DNA of 64,000 nucleotides from Antedon mediterranea (GCF_964355755.1 NC_092677.1:18870101-18934100); one strand, 5' to 3'. Numbered from the stretch's first letter, positions 49,901 through 64,000 are shown. Notes: a model not told the origin generated them from the sequence alone. Numbers and translations are program-made.

Positions 49901-49979
49901 TTAATATTGAATTTGGTGTAAAAAAGATATAAATTAGGAGAGAATTTTATGCCAGAAAGTTGCCTGTTGGTTGTCGTTA

Positions 49980-50230
49980 AGCTCCATTGGCTGTACCAAC
50001 GCCCTTCGTTTCACATACGTGTGATTTCTAATAGACGATATGATAATAATGTCGAACAATATGTTTTGCTTCGCTTGTTCACACTCTATTCAGGACTTAA
50101 GTCTCACCTATTGTTATGCATACCACACTCATTGCGCACGCCCCGCTCTATTCAAACCAATGCCACGTAAAGACCCCTTCCACCAATAACTGCATTACTA
50201 ATACAGATAATACACACGCACGACAGTCAG
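49980..50230 (+). promoter_or_regulatory. Probable ESRP promoter
   Basis: Three CCAAT/ATTGG boxes (49986, 50157, 50183) and locally higher CpG content 150-400 bp upstream of the ATG. Confidence 0.4.
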
Positions 50231-50375
50231 GGTAATATTTGTTCAGAAGTTGTGGATTTGAGAAGAGCAACAGTGTTTAAGTGCTGTGAGCGCACACTAT
50301 AGATAGACGGGGTCCCTTTACTATAGGGTAGTATTTTTAGTTTTGTGGTGTTTCTTGTTTTACTTTTTTCTCACA

Positions 50376-53300
50376 ATGGCATCTCCTTTTAACTATCTGG
50401 TGGCATTTTTCTGTACAACTGCTGGTCAGAGAGGGGCACTTCTTGGTTCCGATGAAGAAGAGATAATTTTATTTGTTTGGGTGGTGGTTGATGTCGAGAC
50501 TAATAAGGTAGGTCAATGATCTTTTAATGATTCATTCGAGCAGTTTAAGTCAATAAAACTTAATTAATAATCAAAGCTTGTTATTTATAACCTTCGTGTA
50601 ATATTGAAGGGGGAATCCCCGTTATTACATTATTTAGCTTGTCGATTATTCTAATAAGTATTTCTATTCTCATTTGAAATTACTTTAGTATGTATTTATT
50701 AAGTACGATATATTTCTCTAATGTATTGGATTTATGTATTCAATTGAAAAAAATGTTTGTTTTTGTTTAGTAGTAAATACAAATCATTGACAATCATTTC
50801 CATATAATTTTTTCTATGAAAATGATAACTCCATTAGCTAATAACTAGACTCCCAATCAAAAATAGATGTTTTCTTACTTATGTGTGCATATGAGTCAGT
50901 GTCCACAATTGCATTAGGCCTATTAGTAATAAAACATGATAGTTTAAACCCTAGACAATAGTATAATATTAGTATTATTAATTAGTATCGTAATTTGTAA
51001 AATGTTATTTTCTGGACCATACTGAATACAATCTAATAATATTGCATTATTTTCTTTTTAGGTCATTGCCTTCCAAAAATCATATGTAGGACCAGAATCG
51101 GGTGAAGCTCCGGAAGAACTATGCAAAAACTTAGGTGTACATGTGGACATGGTAAAGGGGGCTGCACGATTGAATGTTGTTCTACAACAGGTAAGATGAG
51201 AGATATGTTTCTTAAAATCAATACTGAAGAACACAGAAGCATTAAGTGGTAATTACTCACCATACCTAGTTCTATCAGTCATTAATTTATTTGGTCAAAA
51301 TCAATTCTGGTATTTTTATTTTGTATCTATTTTGAATTTGAGTAGGAAGAATCGTATTTAGATTTTAAATTTACACCTCGAGGCCTATACTGTACTAGTA
51401 TTTCAATTATACTCAGTGGTTTTGGATGAGTTAATATTATGCGTTTACAAATAACAAATTGTGTTTATCGCTAGCTGTTAGGTATTATATGCAAGTACAA
51501 TTATGCAGTGTCTACAATTCGATTAGTGCAAAGGATGGCAACAGGTTGTAGTTTATCATGGGAACAGAACAGGCTGTGCTATTTGGTACTGTTGCTTTAT
51601 TCAGCTAGCGTGAAAATCGTTGTCATTGCCATTATCTGCTATTCAAAACAATTTGTTAATCCCAGGCTTAGCTCGTCTTTACCAATTTGTTATCCATACT
51701 GGGAATTATTTATTTTCTCATGTAAATTATATAATATTGTTCAGTCATTTTTATCTAGGAACCTAGATTCGTTGTTGCCATGTTATCCCTCCTACGATTT
51801 CAGTATTCTGCGGGTCAAATTCTTTGATATGTATATGGTTGATTTCCGTTTTATTTGAGTTTAAATAAATCAAAATATATCTATCTCAAATAGATGACTT
51901 TATTAATAACTCTTCCTTATTAATAACATTTTCCTTGTATCTCAATAAGCTATTTAAATTTTAACCAACCACAATAACAGTAACATTAAATATGTAATAT
52001 ACTATACCTTATTGGTTTTGGCATTGTTATGATGGTGAATACCTCACGGATCTCTTTTGTCCCTCCTGTTGTTGTTGTCCAATCTACCTGTTACTTACAT
52101 TTGACCTTTTTAGGCCTACCTTTCCGAACGATGGCATTGTCTGTGGTTTTCTTATTTAGAAATAAGGAAATCATAGATTTAAACGAATATTTTCATCACA
52201 ATGATATATAACAATAATATTAAAACGTAATTTCCTGTATATTATTTAACAAATAATATGTCTGAGACAAATAGATGGACCACGTGTAGGTTGTGGTTTT
52301 AATAGCATAGGCCTAAACCACAAGCAATTTTAGGCCTACTTGTCTTTTTTTTTATTAGATAGCAATATCAATATCATTTATGTATTTATGATAAGCATGT
52401 TTTTAATTGTAAATTATAGCTGTTATGGAACTACAAAAAGATATAGAATTGTTGTCATTTTGACTTCATTGAGATCTTAACCAAATAAGAACCATCTTTC
52501 ATTTTTTTGTTTCAGTTTCGAATAAAATACTAGGCATATAGTATCACATTATGACATCATCATGACGTTTACAATGGACCGTAGGCCTACTTAAATGTTA
52601 TTGCTTGTTCAACATCTACCGTTGTCGGTAGTGATTTTGATGAAACTATAAAAATAGAAATTGTAATCATGTTTTCTTTAAATCCTATTTATAGTTTGAC
52701 CAGTTTTTAAGAACAGAACTTAACATAGATGAAGGAGCAACATTATGTTTAGTAACAGACGGCCAACTTCATCTCAGGCAATGTCTTCATCCACAAGCAT
52801 CAAATAAAGATCTCCAGTTGCAACCATACTTCAGCAGATTCTTCGACCTCAGGAAAGAATTTAGAAAAGTTTACCAGCAGGCTGGCATCATTAGCAACGT
52901 CAAAGACATGGCTGACCGTATCCTTAATCTGTTTACAAAATCGAATCTGATAATTCGGTCTGTAATTAACATGCTATAGTACTGAATAGGCCTATGGTAT
53001 AGCTCGAGAAAATTAAAATAATTGTTTGGTTTTTTTTTTATGCATAGACGATTCCAGCCTACATGATTGTTTAGCACACACGACCAACAGTAGCAGGCAT
53101 AATTAATAGGTCATGAACATAATGTTTAGACAATTTCTAGTTTAGAGAATGGACCTATACATTAGACACCCATGGTCAGAGTATTTTGGCAATAAGTTAA
53201 ATTAAGTTGAAAAAAATTATTTCTATAAATTTTATAACATGGTTTTATAAACTATTATATTATTGAAGCTTTAAGTTGGCCTACATTCAACAGAATACTT

Positions 53301-56300
53301 TTGTAGAACATGACTTGATGTTTACTAACTACACGGCCTAAGCTAAGCACGGCCTAAGCTTGGATTGCGTGGTTAAACGCCTCATTGAGTTCATTGATTT
53401 GAAAAGCTTGTCAACTGTAACTCTTTTGAAAAGCACAGCTTTTTATTCTTTACAATCGAAATGCGATTCAGTAGACCTTAACACGGCCTATCGTTGCATT
53501 GATTTCGCGTTTCGATTTACTGTTTGCTCCCATGCTCTTTCCCATGGTCGAAGAAGAAAGGAGTATATTTTTGTGAAAATTGTGTTTTTGATAGCCGCTA
53601 TCATAAACCTTGGTCCAAAAGTAGTGTGAATAATCATCCTCGTCTTCGTCATCATCATCATCATTATTATCGTCATCACCATCTCAGTAATCACCATCAT
53701 CTTCGTCATCATCATCATCATCCTCATAGTGAAATAAAAAATTGTAATATTAGTTTCATCTTTAATATCCTTAATTATTAATTTTCATTAATTTTTATTT
53801 TATTCTCCTCGTGTGAATTTGACCAAAATCCAGGAACTCAAACCAAACAAGTAAAATAATTTTAATTTCTAAACGACACAAAACAACATATTATGCAAAA
53901 AGATTAATTAATTAAAAACAATGCAAATAAAACATATCACGTCCACCAGTATTTATACTATGGAAGAAAAGAATAGTATGGCAAATTTCAGCTGTAACTG
54001 TGATAAATCATTAATTATTATAATAATACTAATATTATTATTGGGTTATTATAACTGTGATATGCATATAACAAAAGGACATTTACATGAATGCATTGTA
54101 TCACAATAATAGCTGATATTTTTATTAGTGATTCTTCTCATAATCAATACTTACAAACGCTATTCAGCTTGAGATTTACTGAGATCATTTATTCTTTTCC
54201 TTCTAATTATTATTTACAACGTGGAATTATCCAGGTCTACTGTAACATTTCTAAAATGCTCTTTTCTAGAAGTCATACATTTTAAGAACAATCCTTTTGT
54301 AAATATCTGTAACAAATCGGTACACATACCTACAATTGCAGTTGTTGAACTCATTATAAGTATCATCATAATATAATAAAATATGCAACATATTCTTGCT
54401 TTTGTGTACCAAGGTCAAAGTGTGACCTTTCCGATACAATACAAAAATATTCATTATGCATTTTTTTTAATGGAGGATGCTAAGTTTCCATATTCTACTC
54501 AAATGTATTGTCTAGTTCAGTTAACTTTCAGCAAACAATGCCTTTGTACTGTTTGAAATGAAAGTGTACACGCTGTATTTGAACAGTCGTCCCACTGCGC
54601 GCTCAATATGGATTGAAAGGGGTTCCCTGCACTTCAATAACTAATAATAGCTTCTGGCTTCTGACCTGACTACTGTTGACTGTGGAAACCATTACCATTT
54701 AAACAAGTTCCAATTTCTTATAGTTGCGATACGATGGTTCTGGTCCATGGCCTAACTGTACACTATAAATTCATACTTTCAAGACGATCACACTAGATGA
54801 TCATTTCCAGTAGCAATTTTATGTATGCCTAATGTAATTTGACTAATTTAATTTTTGTAAAATTGTTTTATGGTAAAATCCTAATTACTCATGTTGTCCA
54901 GGATTATTCCTGTGAATTACAAGCCAGTACTTTTTCTCTATTTAAAAGTTTCTAATTATATATCAAGTAGTTGGTTTAAGAGAATCCTCTTGGACTTGCT
55001 AATCTTGCATGACAATAACGTGCAACCCTACCAGAATGTTAGCTTGGATTAAGCTCTAATCCTAGTAAGAAGTTCGCGTTCGGATTCACCACTTAATTTT
55101 AAAGATTTATTTCTACCATCGTGTGAAATTTTAAAACCAGATTCATGTTTTCAATTGCATAACTGTAACAATGGCACGGCGGCATGTAACTCTTTCATTG
55201 ATTTATCCAAATCGGATTTCAAATCATTACAGGTCATATGTGAAGTTATCTTAGACGGATCAACATAACATTGATAAAGGAATGTAGAACATGTTAAGCA
55301 ATAGTAACCTTTGCAGGTAATATTTGTATAGGCCTATAGTATATACACAAACAAGTATGAAATGCAAAAAAAAAAAAGTTTCCATAAACCAAACGAAATC
55401 TTCTGAGATAGATAAAATTATAACATTGACAATTAAATTAACAATGATAAATCAGATTTAATTATTTAAAAAAAAGTTACAAAATTGAACTAGCAAAAGG
55501 TTAATTTTTAGTTTTAACTAAATTACGCTAATAGATGAGTACTGATAATGGGCAGACCATGGACCTATAAATTACTAATTTATCGGTCCATGGGCGCATG
55601 TAGAATGTAAAAATCACTGCTAACACAGTCATTCAATTGCTTTAAAAATCAAATGAAAATCCTGTTTTTTTCATAGTCAATTTAATTCACTTTTTCACAG
55701 TCAATAGAACTTAATTAGTAGGATTTTACAATGAGAGATCTTGTTGTAATCTTCCCATTGTTGGACCTAGATAGAGGTTTGTTTGTTCGGCAATTGTGAA
55801 TGTTTAATGCCTGGCCTTACACTTTTAAATCGCTATATCTTTCAAAAATTGTCCAAGGCTATGGGTTTGTTTTCTTTAAAGTAGTTGTTAGATAGGTCAA
55901 GAAGTTAAATAAATGTATGTTTAGTCGAGGACTTCGTCTTGTCTAAAATAATGTTTAGGCCTAAATCCCTTATTTAAACGGATACTTGTGCACATTGCTA
56001 TTTTATATGTTATTAAATTGTATTCACAATATAAAGTGCATTTGAATTAACCGAATTGGTCAGATATGAACATAGACACGGGTAAATTAAATTTCATGGA
56101 ACTCGGTTCGGATGAGTGTCAAACAATGGGCACAATTGTTCAGAAACTGATCGCAGACGGTAAGTTATGTTTGTGGGATTTTTTTTATGGATACGTCCAA
56201 CTTTCATTTCTTCACAAGTCATTGCACACAATAATTTTTAAATATACATGTTTTATATTGAACAATTTATCAAGTTCATATTCGATTTTGCTGCAAATTG

Positions 56301-59300
56301 TATATTTTTAATTGTTTATTATTTTATTTATTTTTATTTAATTTCAGGTCACCTCTTTACGGAACCTGAAATTGTACAAGAAAGATACGAACCAGGAACA
56401 TAGTAAGTGTGTACAGTATTGCATTGTTTAGCGGGAAAACAATTTTTTCTACAAAAAACAGTGTTGGCTTTTATTCCATCGGCCAATACTGATGATTCGT
56501 CAAAAGTTCGTGGTCAATCATTGGTCAAGTAGCAGTGAAGTGCGCATGACCTTGTTTCAGCTTTACCACTAATGTCTGCTATTGAACTGAGACCTAATAA
56601 TAATAATATAATGACCGTTCGGACATCCAGTTACAAAAACCATTGATTTGTTAATTAATGATTGTTGGTAATAATCTAATATACTTTTTAAACAGTGATA
56701 AAGCGTACCATGTCCCGGATGAACAAGTCGTAAAAGCACGAGGGTTACCATGGCAAGCTTCAGATCGTGACGTATTTAAATTCTTCAAAGGTCTTAACGT
56801 TGCAAAGTGAGTACCATGTTCCACACTCACTTTTATATTATATTATATTATATTATATTATATTATATTATATTATATTATATTATATTATATTATTTAC
56901 TCTATTATATCGTTTATATTATATCGTTTATATTATATTATATTATTATTTACTCTATTATATCGTTTTATATATATTATTTACTATATTATATTACATT
57001 ATATTATATTTTATTATCAATATATTACATTCAATTAAATATTTTTTTATTTTATCACAATATATTATATCATATCAATTAAAAAATAGAAATAAAAAAA
57101 TATGTATTACATTAAATTTTATATTATTATAATTTATATATAGTATGTTTTTTCTATTTTTTATCACAGAGGTGGTATTGCATTGTGTTTAAACTTACAC
57201 GGCAGAAGAAATGGAGAAGTGATGGTGAGGTTTGCTAACAGTGAGCAGAAGGACCTCGCTTTACAACGTCACAGACACAATCTTGGCAAGCGTTACGTCG
57301 AGGTAATAAAACAATACAGCATTATACAATGTTACAACTGATGGATGAACTGTTCTTTTTCTACCCTTGTAGGCCTACTACATACAAATATTAACACAGT
57401 GCCTATGTGTAATAAGAAAGCCCAATGAAATGCAAAATTTCCAGATATATTTGTTAAATTATTTATAGATGAACCAGGGAGTTGATCTTCATAAAAATGA
57501 AGAACACACGAGCCTGTCACGAGGGGCATAATAAATAATTATGAACGATAATAAAATCTAATTTACAATCAAAATATAAGTTTTAAATATTGTTTTAATA
57601 CAATAACAACATGTTCAACACAGAGCCATGAAGTCGACTATACATTTGGCAACACGTGTGCTAAATATTGATATATGATTGGCTATGAAAAAGTTTATGT
57701 TAGTGATTAACATAATGTTGATATTTTTGCAGGTATTCCGTGCACAGGGAGAAGAGTTTATTAAAGTAGCAGCAGGTACGTACAGGCAGCTTAAATTTGC
57801 ATATGCATATAATATCAATTTTGCTGGTATAGATAGATATTAAAATAAAAGAATTTACGCCACGAGCATCCATTTTCAGTCGCTGCTGCCACAAATAACA
57901 ACCTCAAGCCGTCGTAATTTTAAGAATACTATTTAATTTGGAGTAAATCAAGATGAAACGAGCTAGACAAAACCCCCTGAATATTCTTGGTAGGCTTCAA
58001 TTCTGGTTTACATATTCTAATTGAAGATTTACTAAGAAGAAATGGTTGTACTGTACTGTACTTTAAAGTATTGTCGACAACACACTGTTTGAGACAGGGA
58101 GTAGGTTTGAGACGTATTCTATTGTTCACCAAAACTCGCCTTCAATGTGCATCTGGTTGTTTCTATTGTTACCTAATCTTTTGTTTTATTTTTTATATAG
58201 GAACATCGAGAGAGGCTGCATTATTTCTGTCACGAGATGACGGGCATATTATTGTACGCATGCGTGGATTACCATTCACTGCAACAGCCAAAGAAGTGGT
58301 AAGTTTAATTTGTCTTTATTTTATTCTTTGTAATGATATTCAGTGACGTATTCATAGAGAGCGGGTGCTTAAATACGTCCTACGGAAAGTGAACGTGGAT
58401 GTTACAGTTATTCTGCACTATATGTTCATTTTGCAAAACTATTCTTGGATTCCCTAGCTTTCCAAAGTAAATCTACCTTCCATCCATCAAAAACTTTGAA
58501 TGCGTCACTGATGTTTCATATATTTATAACTTATACTAATATTTATTTTCATAAAAAAAAGAAACGTTAAGCTGAATGTAGTTGTTAACACAGCGTCGTC
58601 TAAAAAACTGAAATTATATTCCAGACAAGCATGATGTTTGCTGACGGACCACTGAACTATGGTTGTGCTCTGAGCACTTGAATTATTGTATGTAAGTATG
58701 CCATTAGGCATACGTGCTAATTTAACCCGGGGAAGGTGTTGAGCATGTGGAATTTGTAGGGGAATCTAAAAATATGCGGGAATTACAGTGCAAAGCCACC
58801 ATCGAACACTTATATCCTTCACACACACACAAACACATAATATTCATTATAATTTAATATAGTTAAATAATAATAGTAAATATGGCTTAAATCCTGTCGG
58901 TAGAGTGGGTTTGATGTGTATATTTTCTAGCGGTTAGTGGAATTTATTTTGATAGGATTTTGTTTGTGGTGTTTGAAAATTTTGGTCTACTAAAAAATAA
59001 AAGATTAGTCTTGTAATTTTGCAATTATTCCTCGACACACCTGATTTATGATACTGTTTTTTTATTGGTGGTTTGTACCTTCCATGGTAACAAAAGTACT
59101 TTTCGAATCGCATGTACCCTTATTTAGAAAGTGATGACGTGGTGGTTTTTTGTTGTTCTTAGGCCTGGATATTCAGGCATGACACAAAGGACAATATATT
59201 ATAGTTGCGGGTATAAACTGGTCTTTGATGGGGACAAAACAATAATGGAAGCCTTTGTTAGGTCTTTGGTTAACTTTGGTGATGGGGAAAGAGAAGGGTA

Positions 59301-62133
59301 CTGGTAGCTTTACTCGGTGCGGTGTATACCCATTATTGACCGTGCTGAAATATTAACAGTACAGAAACAAAGATTCAATTAAGGAGCAAAATTACAATAA
59401 TTGGTTTTATTTTGTGGGTATAGAAAGATATTTGGTAACTTATTTGAATTACAAAATCATTAGCTCCGTTTCACTATAATCAAGATCTGTAGTGAAGTTA
59501 ATTTTATATTGACGTCATACTTTTTCCCTATTTTAAAGCAATATTATTAGATAGGTCACATGATCACAGTATCACCTTCAGTATAAACTGCACAGTTCCA
59601 CGGTTTATTTCTCTCATTTAAAGAAAATTACTAAACTTAATTTTACCAGGTTGACTTCTTTGGACCACAAATCCCAGTTGCCGGTGGCGAGGACGGAATT
59701 CTATTTGTGAAGCAAAGAAATGGAAAAGTGACAGGAGATGCATTTGTGTTATTCTCTTCTGAAGAAATAGCCGGCAAAGCGCTCGACAAACATAAGGACT
59801 ATCTCGGAAGTCGATATATAGAGATTTTCCGAAGCACAACGGCGGAGGTTCAACAAGTGTTGTCTAGGCTACATTCAGAACCATTGGTCCCCGAAGGACC
59901 CCCACTACCACAGATACATCCTTCCATCATACCTCATCATATGATACATCCAGTGGCCCTCCCTCCCCCTCCACCACAGATTATTCCAGCACCAATGCCT
60001 CCAGCATCTCAAGTTATTAGTACAGGATGTGCACGAGATTGTATACGAATGCGTGGTCTGCCATTCACTGCTACTGTTGAGGATATCATGAGGTTTCTTG
60101 GAGAGTTTCAGCATTTTATAAAACCACAAGGTGTTCACATGGTTTACAACATGCAGGTAATTATTAGATAATCATTGATCATCCTTTATTAATTAAGAAA
60201 ATTTGTTAATTATGATAATTGATTAAATACGGTAACATTTTATTTTTTTACAATTACAGGGGAAACCAAACGGAGAAGCATTCATTCAAATGGTGTCTGC
60301 AGAGAAGGCTTACATTTCCGCCAGTATGTGCCACATGAAATACATCGGAGATCGATACATTGAAGTGTTCCAATGTTCCGCAGACGAAATGAATTACATG
60401 CTATGGGGAGGAGTGAAAAACAAACATCCTCAGATGTCTCCACCAGGTAGGTTACGATTCAATTCGCTTGTACTTAAACATTTTATAGATAACCCAAGCA
60501 GAACAGTAAATTTAAATATTTTAGTCATTAAATGTATTTATTATCATTTTAGCTGGTACTTTGCCGCCAACCACGTTACAAATTAATGGTACACCAGCTG
60601 GTCTTCCACATCATCCCGCAATATTCCAAAGTATGCCAGTGCCACATCCTGGGGCCAGACACACGGCTAACCCGTACATTCAAGCACCATTATATTACGT
60701 ACCAGCACCTGCTTCAACCATGTCACCGGCGGTGAATCATCTCTACTACCCTCCCCAGGCTCACAATCCAGCCACTCTGATGAGGGTTCGAGGGATGCCT
60801 ACAATGGGAGCCACTATCCCTCCTGATATGGCAAACTACTTTCAAACGTCTATTGGGGTAAGTGATTTTGTGTTTTTTTTTTCGTATGTCAGTGATTTCA
60901 CAAAACCACATTAATTGCGCGTTTTTGTAGAAGTTTTTCAGTGTTAAACACAATGAGCTAGGACCGATTTGTTAATTCGTGGGATTACTGAAGTAAATGT
61001 GCTGCAGTCGTCATTATATTCTGATACGTGTTTTTGATTAAACTTTGTGCTTGTTATCTTGACCAAAAGGCTGCTGGTTACGGGGTTGACTGGCAATAAT
61101 TTCAGCCGTCAGTTTTCGTGGTCAGTTACTGTTGAAAGTAGTATAACATTCGGTGAGTTTTGTAACGTTTATGAAGATTTTCTGGCATGAAATTTGGTCG
61201 TGTTCCGGTGTATAGAAAATATTTCAATTGGTTGTACTGTATGCACTTTGGGAGTTCATTCTTTCAAGTCATTTTTACACGTTTCATAACATTAATACAG
61301 TTCAAGTTGAATGCATTACATAGTGAATTGATATTCAACACGTTTCATGTGGGACAATTTAAAATATACTGCACTCTAATAATAAGTGAATTTAAACCGT
61401 CTTTTACACAATAGAGCGGACATTCATTCAATAAAGTAATATCCGCTGATATATCAATCTTCATTCATTTTCATTAAAAAGTAATGTATGCATGTACGTC
61501 GTAGGCCTACGTGATATGGGGTTGTTTGTTTGATTATAAATCCAGGAGTGTATTGTATTGATGCACTTGGAAGTACGTAATGTGTACAACATCCATAAAA
61601 CACAATACACTCCTGGATTTATATATAATCAAAGAAACAAAATCTAAATACATTATTATAATATTATTCCGATGAACGCGTTGCGCATTTAATGTTTTTT
61701 TTGTTGGTTAATTGGAATCAATTTAACAACTTTCTATGTATGTTCATCAGAAAGGGAAGTCTTTAAGTGGAAAGTGTAATTTTTTTTTAAACACACATGG
61801 GTGCTGTTTAATCGACGATTTTAATCATGGAATGCAGGCATGCCGGGAATGATGACTTAAAAATCATATCTAAAGGGAAATGTTCGTACCAATTTTTGTA
61901 TAGAGGTATAGTGTAAAAGTGTAAAGTCATTCTTTCTTTAAAAAACAACTTGATATTTTATTTATTTATTTATTTAGATGCCACATGAGAACATCCAAAC
62001 TGTTCCAATGAGTGGAGAGACATTACTTCAATACACAACTGCTGCACATGATCTAAAAACTCAAACCGTAGGCCTACACCCAGATGGCCGTAAAATAACA
62101 AAGGTAGACGGAACAGGCATGTACCTATCATAA
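50376..62133 (+). CDS. ESRP1: Epithelial splicing regulatory protein (ESRP1/2, fusilli) ortholog, ~724 aa
   Basis: Exons 50376-50507, 51062-51190, 52695-52917, 56064-56159, 56348-56402, 56696-56806, 57170-57302, 57733-57775, 58201-58298, 59650-60156, 60260-60446, 60553-60857, 61978-62133 splice in frame (2175 nt). DnaQ-like N-terminus ([31 protein letters not shown]) and three RRMs ([21 protein letters not shown] twice). The last exon is less certain. Confidence 0.93.
52918..56063 (+). other. ESRP1: U12-type GT-AG intron of ESRP
   Basis: Donor C|GTATCCTTAA; 3' end TTGAATTAACCGAATTGGTCAG has no polypyrimidine tract and a TTAAC about 12 nt before the AG. Confidence 0.8.
53632..53727. repeat. 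Imperfect (CAT)n microsatellite
   Basis: Directly visible; explains the poly-His and poly-Met ORFs in the track. Confidence 0.85.
56833..57010. repeat. (ATATT)n low-complexity repeat in an ESRP intron
   Basis: Directly visible pentanucleotide run that degenerates downstream. Confidence 0.9.
61522..61640. repeat. Inverted repeat or small MITE in the last ESRP intron
   Basis: TATAAATCCAGGAGTGTATTGT / ACAATACACTCCTGGATTTATA, perfect 22-bp arms around a ~45-nt spacer. Confidence 0.75.
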
Positions 62134-64000
62134 ATCATGAAAGGAAAAGCGCAATAGAAGTTAGTACGGTGTACCTGTAATATTAACTATTATAATGTTA
62201 TTAATTATGACAACATCCAATGTTGAATATTATAATTATATTTGAACAAAATTTTAGAGTAATATATATTATATATTACAAACATTCTTGTAATTAGATA
62301 TTTATATATATATTCGTAATGTATATATTTAAGTCATTTTGGCAACCACAGCGGCCTTAATTATGTTTAAGAATTTAAGTTTGTATTTGTAATAACCGGC
62401 TTTGTAAATGTTTGATAATTGTCTTCCATTTCAAGCCAAACAACGATCATCGTCTTCCAAGTGAATAAATATAATGTACTATTTATTTACCATGATGTTT
62501 AGTTTATAGAATATTTTTATACCTTCCGAATAATATAAAATTTGTAAAATTAAGTAATGAATAAGTTTCATTTACTATTTTTCCAACTCGTTCTTCCAGA
62601 ATTGTTACTTCCTTTTGTAGTCAAAATGATTCTACTTTAAACTATACAACTCGTTGATAATAGTTATATTATGTAAAATAAGTAAACCAAAATATTAATT
62701 TAAAAATCATAACATTGAACAAAACTAGTTCACACTGGCAACTTATAAACTCGATTCAAAATACAAAGATGCGAAAGATGAAAGCAGGTAAATAAAATCA
62801 ACAAACCAATACAGTTACAACGAAGTTGTAAACTTTAAAAAGTTACTTTAGAATCAAGCAAGAAAACAATATAAAATTTGTTATGGTAGCTAAAAGTAAA
62901 TCATAATTTGTCCACAATTCACGTGTGCTTCCATTTGACTACTGTGCCTTTAACATCTTTTTTTAAAGATTATATTATCAAAGTAACTACAGTTTTTTTA
63001 ATTCAGTAATGATAAAGACTAGTAAGCCACAATTTGCCTTTTATTAACATTAGGATTTTTTTTGTAAATTGATCTAAAAATGCATTTTAAAATGTGTATA
63101 TAAATTATATTACGTATACTAAGTGCTAATAGTACATACTAATAGTTAACTGTAGACAACTAAAAAGAAATATTGTAGTTTTGAAATTGTAAATTTGTAG
63201 CTTTCATTTAATTTGCATTACTTGTATATATTTTACAAATTGTTTTAATGTATGTTTTAAGATTATAAACAAAGTTGTGCATGATGTATTATTCAGTGTA
63301 GCACTGTGCCTATGCAACTTCTAACATATATTGTATAATGCATTATTTTATTTTAGCATTAGAAATAATATATACAATAACATAGATTCTTTAGAAATTT
63401 ACTAAAATGCCAATTAGAAAGATACTCCTAGTTTTTTGTTATTAATTATTTACTTTTTTGCAGGCATTTTTCTTTTATATCACATTTAAACTATATGTTA
63501 TTATTATACTATGCTGACATTAAGTGCAATACAAGTTTTAGAATGTCACTTGTTCTGCGCATGAAAAGAAAGTTGTACCCATAGCAATGATCAGGTAAAA
63601 ATATAGATACTGAAGCATAGTAAATGTGTTTTTATTATGATGAAGCATGCAATTTTTTATATTATTTATAGATATTCAAACAAATTTTATAATTATGACT
63701 AGCTGCTAAAACAGTTTGTGATCACTGCTGGTTGCGTACAAGCTAAACAATAGTAAAACCATAGAGAAAATACAATATATTTTCTCCATGGTATTTCTTC
63801 GTGGTGTATAATACCAATAACAATGTTACATAGCTAATAAGCTTACATACATACATTTTCTCATCAAATGTGAGTTTTGATGATATTAACTAACTAATGA
63901 GACCAGTGATGGGCAAATATTAAACAAAATTATACCTTACAGTGTTGTCAGTGAATAAAAACCTTTGCCGTTTTAACATTATTAATTTATATATTTAAAT

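Noticed and set aside
53488-53781. Poly-His and poly-Met ORFs
   Set aside because: Produced by a (CAT)n microsatellite in an intron.
56767-57132. YYIIL-repeat ORFs
   Set aside because: Produced by the (ATATT)n repeat.

Overview
AT-rich, intron-rich eukaryotic genomic DNA from an invertebrate, most plausibly a deuterostome such as an echinoderm (the organism is an inference). Three intact protein-coding genes were reconstructed by hand with phase-consistent splice junctions: an RBM12/RBM12B-like multi-RRM gene (+, 25014-29616), a CIBAR1/FAM92 BAR-domain gene (-, 33715-39352, 7 coding exons including a 6-nt microexon after a U12 intron) and an ESRP/fusilli splicing regulator (+, 50376-62133, 13 coding exons, one U12 intron). 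The first ~23 kb holds transposon relics (Academ, Tc1/mariner, Harbinger-like MITEs, SINE, LINE fragments) and probable decayed minus-strand exons. Standout observations: a perfect 194-bp palindrome in the probable RBM12 3' UTR whose arms each carry a Penelope-type minimal hammerhead ribozyme motif; a 2.7-kb foldback Academ element built from two right ends; P-element-like excision footprints; candidate poison or alternative exons in ESRP; and RBM12-CIBAR-ESRP linkage resembling human 8q22.1. No database searches were run; family assignments rest on motif recognition.
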